Origin: Thraustochytrium aureum
Taxonomy: Eukaryota
Reading direction: 5' to 3'
Assembly: GCA_012862495.1 (NCBI GenBank)
Contig: BLSG01000447.1
Location: 1-39,853 of the forward strand
Length of the DNA: 39,853 bases
The notes beneath the pieces are model-generated. The model made no database searches and was not told the DNA's origin. It worked only from the letters and a program-made list of their open reading frames with translations. Of this stretch, positions 32,310 through 39,853 are shown piece after piece. The position numbers were made by a program, and so were the translations under genes. The stretch's first letter is position 1; each line of letters begins with the position of its first letter.

Positions 32310-34042
32310 TCAGGCCGCCGTGGCGGCTGGGCGAGTCACCCGCATGTGTTTGTTTTCGCTCGCTGCGCCGAGGCCCACCGGCAGCAGCAAGCCTGGCTCA
32401 TCCTGGCTCATCTTGGCAGCAGGCGAGCCGCCAGCCAACCTCGAGCTCGCCGGGCAGTGCAGTTGCCCGTTGGAGCGGGGAGGTTGGCGTGAACGATGCG
32501 CGACCCCGGATCGAGCGCCGGCCCGCACACTGGTCGATGTCGGGCCGACCCGCGAAGGTAGATACTTACTCTGCTGTACCTCTACCTTCGAGTGTTCGCG
32601 TGGCGCCGGCGAGCTGTTGTGGTTTTTCTCTCTGTCCTCCGTGTCGAGTTGCTGGCTGGCGCGTGCTGCGGCTACGTCCGCGCTTTCCGGCCGCCCTTGC
32701 AGTCCGCCGTTGCTGGCCTGGCTTGGATCTCTCAGATCACTCCTCGATAGAACTGGCTCACTCATGACCAGGCCGAGTAGGCTGGCTTGGGAAGCGGCTG
32801 CCCGGCTGCTCGTGCTCGCAACAAAGTCCACGCACAGGTGTGCTGGCGCTGCGCTCGAGGGTCGCCGAGCACCGTGTTTTCCCCGTTCGTTGATGGAAGG
32901 GGGGGCCCGCGGGCGACACGTGGTCGAGCGGGTCATCCACATCGCACAGAGGGCCAGCCTCGGGCTGCTGCGACGGGCTGTTACTGCGGACTTGCAAGGC
33001 GGCGGCTGCGAAAACAAGAGTTTGTGTTTTGCGCTATTGCGCTAGGAAATTGGCGTTCACCTTCACGGACGAGTCCAGAAACTCGTTGCGGGTGGCGCGC
33101 GTGGGCAGCGCGCTGGTGACGCCGGCAATGAAGGCTCCCTGAAGACCACCCAAGCCGAGGGCGATGCGCTTCGTTTGGGTGACTGGCTCTGCCTTGATCT
33201 TGCGCTTGCGAAATGTGTGGACTTGTTGTGTTGGCCGTTTTGGCGAGACATTCGTGAATTTGGTCTCGTCTTGCTGCTGCTGCTNNNNNNNNNNNNNNNN
33301 NNNNNNNNNNNNNNNNNNNNNNNNNNNNNNNNNNNNNNNNNNNNNNNNNNNNNNNNNNNNNNNNNNNNNNNNNNNNNNNNNNNNNNNNNNNNNNNNNNNN
33401 NNNNNNNNNNNNNNNNNNNNNNNNNNNNNNNNNNNNNNNNNNNNNNNNNNNNNNNNNNNNNNNNNNNNNNNNNNNNNNNNNNNNNNNNNNNNNNNNNNNN
33501 NNNNNNNNNNNNNNNNNNNNNNNNNNNNNNNNNNNNNNNNNNNNNNNNNNNNNNNNNNNNNNNNNNNNNNNNNNNNNNNNNNNNNNNNNNNNNNNNNNNN
33601 NNNNNNNNNNNNNNNNNNNNNNNNNNNNNNNNNNNNNNNNNNNNNNNNNNNNNNNNNNNNNNNNNNNNNNNNNNNNNNNNNNNNNNNNNNNNNNNNNNNN
33701 NNNNNNNNNNNNNNNNNNNNNNNNNNNNNNNNNNNNNNNNNNNNNNNNNNNNNNNNNNNNNNNNNNNNNNNNNNNNNNNNNNNNNNNNNNNNNNNNNNNN
33801 NNNNNNNNNNNNNNNNNNNNNNNNNNNNNNNNNNNNNNNNNNNNNNNNNNNNNNNNNNNNNNNNNNNNNNNNNNNNNNNNNNNNNNNNNNNNNNNNNNNN
33901 NNNNNNNNNNNNCCTCGAGGATCTCGCATATGTCATCGCCGCCGAGCAAGTGAGGCACCCGCGTCTTGGACGAGCTTGCCCCGGCCGCAGACGAGCTAGC
34001 GGCGCTCGCGCTCTGCGCTGTTGGTCCAGGGCCCTTGGCCAT
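32310..34042 (-). CDS. Hypothetical low-complexity protein, fragmented by gap 33285-33912 and frame breaks
   Basis: ATG 34042 (MAKGPGPTAQS...HLLGGDDICEILE), poly-Q after the gap and a Ser/Pro/Ala-rich frame ending at 32310. Continuity not demonstrable. Confidence 0.3.
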
Positions 34043-34800
34043 CCTGCGCCCGCGCTCGCCTCGCCTTTGGCGCTCTGGCCCGCCCAGGCACGCGCAGGGC
34101 GAGTCCGCCCCGCTCCACTTGCCACCGCCGAGACGTCCTGAGGACGTTGCTCGGGTCTACTGCACCCTCGCCCGCTGCGCCGCTGCGCCGCTGCGCGGCG
34201 TGCTGTGCCCCAGCTGGCGGTCGACCCAGGCAGACCAAGCTGGCACCCGCCTGCCCGCCGGTCCGTCCGCCCGCCCGTACGCCTGTCCAGCCTGTTGGTG
34301 GTCGAGTGCGGCTTCCTCTCCGTGTTCCTGGCGCGCGGCACTGGTGAAGGAAGGGGTCAGTCAGTCAGTCGGTCTCTTGTCAGTCAACAATTCAACCGAT
34401 CGTCGAATCGCGGGATCCCCCACCGACCGCGCAGCGCCCGGCCGAGCCTTGGGCAGATTAAGGGCCGTTCTGCAGGCGCAGCGCCCTCCGCGAGCAGGTC
34501 CGTCCGTCAAGGCCGGCCTCCGCGTCGGCAGCGAAGCGGCTTTGCCGTGCCGGGACTCGCCTGACTCGACGTTTTCGCGCGCGCGGACGCTGCGTCCAAG
34601 GCCGTGTCCACAATTTGGGGCAGTGTTGATATCTATGACAAATACATTGGAGGGGACGGGTGCAGTTCAGGCGGCCTTTGGTGTTTATTGGGCCTTCGGC
34701 ACACGACGCCCAGCACCACGGGCCATCCACAGGGCCCGGACGCAAGTTAGGGTTGGTGATGGCGGAGCGAACGGGCCGAAGCGCGGCCGCTCAAAGAGCG

Positions 34801-34895
34801 CCGCCTGCCTGGTTGCCTGCCTGCCTGCCTGTCTTGTCTGCCTGCCTTGTTGTCTGCCCGCCTGCCTGCCTGCCTGGTTGTCTGCTGGCTGGCTG
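34801..34895. repeat. Degenerate (GCCT)n/(GGCT)n microsatellite
   Basis: gcctgcctggttgcctgcctgcctgcctgtc...gcctgcctgcctgcctgg...gctggctggctg; a similar tract lies at 18383-18417. Confidence 0.85.
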
Positions 34896-36168
34896 ATCAG
34901 ACCCTGATGACTGCCGATGCCGATGGGTATGTAGGTAGCTGACCGCCTGGCTGGTCGGGCACTCTGGCAGCGGTTCTGATGTTTGCGAGCGCAAGCCCGT
35001 TGAGCAACCGGAAGGGCAGCAGAAGACGCACCCGGCTGCTCGCATGGCCGAAAGGCCTACGCAGAGCACTCACCAACTCGACCGCCCGCCCGTGAGCGTA
35101 TCCTGCAGCCAGGCAAGACCTTTTGAATCTGTTCTGATTCGAAGCGCAGGCTGGCCGCGCCAGCCCCGCTCCTTCCCCACAAAAACCCATGAACCGCGGG
35201 TCTCGCTGCTCCCGACCCCGGCCACGGATGGGCGGGCCCATCATCTACGCAGATCATCTACTAGTACGCAGATCATCATCTAATCTCGTGAAATGGCCGA
35301 ATACCGCGACGCGGGTTGGCATCTCACAGAGTCTGCGATAACCGGGGTCAATCGGGATTTAAGCGATCTCCCGAGGAGTAGCTAGCGCTCTGTCTCACGA
35401 TCCGAACGAGGGCGAACGGTTCTAAACTGCCGCTTGCAGGGTTACCCCGCAACAACCTCAATTCCACCGCAGCAACCGTAACCAAACCTTGCGAGCGCCC
35501 CCACCCGGTACACCGAGGAGTCGTGCAAAACACCCCCTTCTCAAATCTTCTCAATACAGGTCACAAATCCCCCTCCACCCCTTCACAGTGTCCGCTCAAG
35601 GGGGNNNNNNNNNNNNNNNNNNNNNNNNNNNNNNNNNNNNNNNNNNNNNNNNNNNNNNNNNNNNNNNNNNNNNNNNNNNNNNNNNNNNNNNNNNNNNNNN
35701 NNNNNNNNNNNNNNNNNNNNNNNNNNNNNNNNNNNNNNNNNNNNNNNNNNNCGGGTTCCCTCTGTTCGTTCTGCTCCTCACTGCTTGGCTGCCTTGCGAG
35801 TGTGCACTTTTCGCGTGAGAGGGGCGGGATCTCTTGATTGCCCTCGAAAGCTTACTTCTTTTCTGACCCAAGGACGAAAGCGCGAGTGCAGGAGCAGAGA
35901 GCAGTGCGAGCTGGAGCAGGAGCACAACGCGAGCGGAGCGGAGCTGTTGCGCAGCAGTGTTGCGAGTTGCTTGGCTGCTTGGTGGCTTGCTGGCTTGGTG
36001 GCTTGCTGGCTGGCGGGCGGGCGGGCTCGCTGGGCGGTTTCGAGCGAGCGGTTGGGCGCTCAGCGGACCGACGGACGGAAGGTGGATCGGTCGATCGATC
36101 GTTGCATCGCTTGCGCAGTTTGACGCGTGCCGCGCGCCGAGCGAACGGCAGGGGCAGGCGCGGTCAAG

Positions 36169-36738
36169 ATGGCGGAGAAGCGCGCGTCGAAACGCGGGTC
36201 GGAGCTGAGCACCAAGGTGGAGAGCATGGCGGGCGACGGCGAGCCGGCCTCCAAGGAGAGCGAGGCCAGGGAGCTCGCAGACCTGCTCGACTCGTTCGAC
36301 TACAAGGTGCGCCTCCTGTTCTCGCATACCCACCACGCCAACCTGGTGGAGAAGGGCGAGAAAAAGGAGATGCTCGCACGCATCACCAGCGCGCTGACGC
36401 AGAGCGGCGGAGACGCCGAAACCTCGGCGCGCATCCGCGTTCAGGCGAACAAGCTCCTGGCCATCATCGCCGGAAACGAGTACGTCACGGAAGGCAAGGC
36501 CAAGCAGCTCAAGGACTGCCTCGCCTTTGGGGCCGCGGCCGGCTGGGACGCGCTCGCCGACGAACCCTGGCGCGCGCAGGTCGTGGCGCGGGCCGCCAAG
36601 GTGAGCTACCAGACAGGCCTCGCCGCCGTCGCTGCGCACGCCGACCTGAACGAGGCCATCAGCGAGGCGCCAAAGCTCAACCCGCGCTTGAGCGTGATCC
36701 CTGCTGGCTTTGCTGGCAACCCGCCCGCGAAGAAGTAA
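36169..36738 (+). CDS. Hypothetical 189-aa alpha-helical protein
   Basis: ATG in aagATGG context, strong G/C at third codon positions, clean TAA followed by an AT-rich 3' end; no family recognised. Confidence 0.75.
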   Translation: MAEKRASKRGSELSTKVESMAGDGEPASKESEARELADLLDSFDYKVRLLFSHTHHANLVEKGEKKEMLARITSALTQSGGDAETSARIRVQANKLLAIIAGNEYVTEGKAKQLKDCLAFGAAAGWDALADEPWRAQVVARAAKVSYQTGLAAVAAHADLNEAISEAPKLNPRLSVIPAGFAGNPPAKK

Positions 36739-36792
36739 ATATACATTAGAACCAAGCCATGCGAGAACGTGCTTGACCGTGCTGCGCCGCTC

Positions 36793-38294
36793 CTACCAGA
36801 GTCCGATAATGCGCTCCTTGCGCAGTTGCAAGTGCACTGCGCGCTGCTGCGGGCGCCGCATCAGCCCGAGCATGCCGTTGTGGCGGAGGTCCAGGCGACG
36901 CAGCTGCGTGTTCGCCGCGAGCGCCTCTGCGAGAGCAAACACCGCCGGCCCAAACCCAATGTCGTTCGAGGCTAGGTCCAGCTCTTGCAAGCGCCCGTTC
37001 GGCGCGACGAGGTTCTCGGCAACGGCCTGCAGCCCGGCCTGGCCGATCGCGTTGTATCGAAGACCAAGGCGAGTCAAACGCCTGTGCCTCTTCCCGGCCT
37101 GCGCGACCGCCTCCACGCCTGCTGGACCGAGGTCGCAGCCGTTCAGGTTGACGTCGCGCAGAGACGAGCACAGCGAAAAGACTTGGGACAAGTATTTGGC
37201 CCCCTCTGGCCCTAGCGGGTTGCGGTGCAGGTCCAGGTGCACGATCGTGCGGGACCTGGTCAGCCACGAGCACAGCGACTTAGCCCCTACTGGCCCAATG
37301 TCGTTCTTGCCGAGGACCACCCGCTGCACCGTCTTGTTTCGCTTGAGCGCCTTGGCCAGCGTGCGAGCCCCCTTGTCGCCAAACTCGAAGAACGCCACAA
37401 GACGCGTTTGCACCTCGAGGATCCTCTCTCGCCGGTCCAAGTCGCGCTCGGCGGCGTGCACAACCGAGCCGAATTGTGAATCATACTTGTCGCAAATGAC
37501 GCGCCGGTACTCGGCCAGCGAGGCCTCGCACTCGGCCTTGTTCTTCTTCAACTCGCGCCGCGCATCGATTCGCCGCCTGCACCAGCCAGAAGGAAAAAAA
37601 AGCAAACGCGTTCCCGCACGTCAGCGTAAGCTTGGCGCGCCGGCCCTAGCTCTAGAGCAAGCCGCGGCTATTCGCTCTGGACTTACCGCTGGCACTGCAC
37701 AGCCACGCTCAGGATCCGAGACACGTCCTCGTCGACGGCGCGAATTGCCGCAACAGCTTCGGTGCAGGTCTCCACCTCCACATCGACAGCCTCGCGATCA
37801 TCTTCTTCGCTGAAGCTCTCCGGTCCGGAATCGACTGCGTCGCCCTTTTCTTGGCCGTCGGTCTCGGGCTGCAGCTCCGTCGCGCCGGGCTCGGCCTGTG
37901 CCTGGTCGTCGGCGGCTGCGAGCTGCGGCGCGGCACCGCCCTCGCCCTCCACTTCCGGCACTTGCACCGCACCCAACTCTTCGACGACATCGTCGCTAGC
38001 ACGTTCGCCAGCCACACCGTCCGGCGTCTCGCCCTGGCTGCCGCGTGAGCTGGCGGACCCCGCGCGCGACCCTTGCCTCGACTCGCGAAAGCTCCGCCGC
38101 TTCCGCCTCAAGCCCCCGTGGTTTCCCCTGGGGGCCGACGCCGAGCTGCTGCTCGTCCGCCCGCTCTCCAGCGCGGAGTCGACGCGCTCGGCGCGGTCAT
38201 CGCTGTCCTCCTGGCCGTCTCGGCCCGCATCGGCGCCATGGACGTCTTCGCCACCATCAACATGGGCATCGTCGCCGTCGCGAGCGGCGGCCAT
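36793..38294 (-). CDS. Leucine-rich-repeat protein (RNI/NLRC3-like repeats) with acidic disordered N-terminus; two exons; may end at 36746 if a late frameshift exists
   Basis: Repeats VVLGKNDIGPVGAKSL, LDLHRNPLGPEGAKYL, VNLNGCDLGPAGVEAV, LGLRYNAIGQAGLQAV, LDLASNDIG, LDLRHN. Removing intron 37577-37686 joins ...VQCQ-R to RRIDARRELK in frame. Confidence 0.82.
37577..37686 (-). other. 110-bp spliceosomal GT-AG intron
   Basis: Minus strand: donor GTAAGT, branch-like GCTGAC, pyrimidine tract TTTGCTTTTTTTCCTTCT, acceptor TGCAG. Splicing keeps the reading frame. Confidence 0.85.
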
Positions 38295-38805
38295 CCCGCC
38301 CAGCGCCTCGGCCAGCGCCTCGGTCAGCGCACGCGGCGGGCGGCCAGCGAGCCCTTCATCCACGCGGCGCGCGAGGCAGGCTCGTTCGCGCGCGCGGCCG
38401 GGGTCTGCGCGCGCGCGCGGAGAGACCAGGCGCCATTGGGATGCACGAGGTCGAGTTTTTGCCCGTTGGAAGCCCGAAATGCACTCGACGGCCCGCGGCA
38501 AACGCGGCGACCAGACGCACGCGCGCGGCATNNNNNNNNNNNNNNNNNNNNNNNNNNNNNNNNNNNNNNNNNNNNNNNNNNNNNNNNNNNNNNNNNNNNN
38601 NNNNNNNNNNNNNNNNNNNNNNNNNNNNNNNNNNNNNNNNNNNNNNNNNNNNNNNNNNNNNNNNNNNNNNNNNNNNNNNNNNNNNNNNNNNNNNNNNNNN
38701 NNNNNNNNNNNNNNNNNNNNNNNNNNNNNNNNNNNNNNNNNNNNNNNNNNNNNNNNNNNNNNNNNNNNNNNNNNNNNNNNNNNNNNNNNNCGGAAGACAG
38801 GCGCG

Positions 38806-39853
38806 ATGAAGCGCGGGCCACCGGGCAAGCTGTTTGAGAAGAGCGAGTCGTACGAAGAGCGCAAGGCCGTGGTCGAGTCGTTCCTGAGCCAGCCGGACAA
38901 TGTGCTCGACCCCGGCCTCCAAGAGCTCGAAGCGCTGTACGAACACAAGTGCGCCGCGCTGGAGAAGCGCACGATCGACGTAGAGAGGGAGCGGGACGAC
39001 CTGCTTTGCGTGAACGAGGAGCTGCGGCTCAGGCACAAGCAAGAGCTCTTGGAGAGCAGCGAGTTGGCGCGCGATTCGCTCAAGGAGCTCCGCGACAAGC
39101 ACGAGGCGGACAAGGCCAACTGGGACAGCTACATGGAGTACGTGAAAAAGCACTACGAAACCACCGCGGCTCAGGTCGAGGAGGAGCACTCATTCGAGGT
39201 GAACCGACTGCACGCCAGGATCGAAGAGCTGACGAAAGGCCAGACCGACAAGTCGCTCCTCGAAACCAAAACCAAGCAGATCATTTCACTCAAGCGCGAG
39301 GTGGAGGTCGTGCAAGACGAGCTCAAGAACCAGAAAAAGGAGTTCCTCGCGCAAATGAACGAGAAGGAGGCCTCACACAGGCTCAAACTCGAGGAGCAGA
39401 CCCAGAGCCTGCGCACAGAAAACCACGCCCTTCGGGAGAAGCTTGACGAAAAGACCATGGAGTGCGTTCAGCTCGCCAAGGAAGCCGAGCGCGCTCTGAA
39501 CGAGCGCAACGTCGTCACCTTCCAGTTGCAGGAGTCGAAAGAGCGGCTCGGCCCACTGGAGCGCAGCATCGGTTTGCTGCACGAGCAGTCCGAAGCGTAC
39601 GAGACGGAGCGCCTTAAAAACAAAGACACCATCGACGAGTACAAGCGCCGCCTGGAGGACAGTGCGTGCAGGCTCAAGTCTCTCGCGAAAGAGCTCCAGA
39701 CCCGCAAGCGCGCTGTGCTCGCGCGCGAGAAGACCATCCGCTCGTTCGCGTACGAAATCTACGAACTCGTTTTACGGCGCGCGAGGATAGCGAAAACTAC
39801 CTCAAGCAAGCCATTCTCGGCATGTACGACAAGTACGTCAAGGACTCGGAGAA
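38806..39853 (+). CDS. Long coiled-coil protein resembling the C-terminal half of CFAP57/WDR65; runs off the window; frameshift at T4 39770-39773
   Basis: Absent from the ORF track because there is no stop before the window end. My translation: MKRGPPGKLFEK...VVTFQLQESKERLGPLERSIGLLHEQ...EKTIRSFAYEIYELV; adding one T continues FTAREDSENYLKQAILGMYDKYVKD. The CDS is secure; the family is a resemblance only. Confidence 0.7.
   Translation, partial: MKRGPPGKLFEKSESYEERKAVVESFLSQPDNVLDPGLQELEALYEHKCAALEKRTIDVERERDDLLCVNEELRLRHKQELLESSELARDSLKELRDKHEADKANWDSYMEYVKKHYETTAAQVEEEHSFEVNRLHARIEELTKGQTDKSLLETKTKQIISLKREVEVVQDELKNQKKEFLAQMNEKEASHRLKLEEQTQSLRTENHALREKLDEKTMECVQLAKEAERALNERNVVTFQLQESKERLGPLERSIGLLHEQSEAYETERLKNKDTIDEYKRRLEDSACRLKSLAKELQTRKRAVLAREKTIRSFAYEIYELVLRRARIAKTTSSKPFSACTTSTSRTRR

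Noticed and set aside
34898..34985. Box C/D snoRNA-like layout (CTGATGA...CTGA...CTGA)
   Set aside because: Box C is non-consensus, the terminal stem is weak and I found no convincing rRNA complementarity. An Infernal/snoscan run would settle it.
35246..35277. Direct repeat TACGCAGATCATC x2
   Set aside because: Short local slippage duplication with no associated feature.
713..38837. Long ORFs made mostly of X residues
   Set aside because: Artefacts of translating through N-gaps.
8266..39773. Programmed frameshifting or pseudogenisation of MTHFR, NADK2, the sulfotransferase and the CFAP57-like gene
   Set aside because: Each break falls in a short homopolymer (8266-8269, 10459-10471, 16348-16352, 39770-39773), catalytic motifs are intact in the three enzymes, and a 454 linker is present. 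Sequencing error is the simpler explanation.

Overview
GC-rich, gene-dense, intron-poor eukaryotic DNA from a draft scaffold. It has 15 N-gaps (about 5.2 kb), several single-base homopolymer frameshifts and a leftover 454 paired-end loxP linker. Gene content and style suggest a flagellated protist, most likely a heterotrophic stramenopile such as a thraustochytrid; this is inference, not proven. Genes in order: axonemal dynein intermediate chain WDR78/DNAI4 (+), tRNA methyltransferase DNMT2 (-), eukaryote-type MTHFR (+), NADK2-type NAD kinase (-), two hypothetical/coiled-coil ORFs (+), a membrane-anchored P-loop sulfotransferase (-) head-to-head with a prolyl-4-hydroxylase-like 2OG-Fe(II) oxygenase (+), a probable divergent NBS1 (+), a stand-alone DUSP protein (-), golgin TMF1 (-), an MSS116/RH26-type DEAD-box helicase (-), a duplicated-membrane-module/3beta-HSD fusion (-), hypothetical genes, a two-exon RNI-like LRR protein (-) and a CFAP57-like coiled-coil gene running off the end (+). 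Best leads: the DNMT2-MTHFR-NADK2 trio (NADPH/folate/SAM link), the FQPGKGG membrane-repeat 3beta-HSD fusion and the sulfotransferase/hydroxylase divergent pair. Family assignments come from motif recognition only; no database searches were run. No tRNA, rRNA, CRISPR or transposon was recognised.
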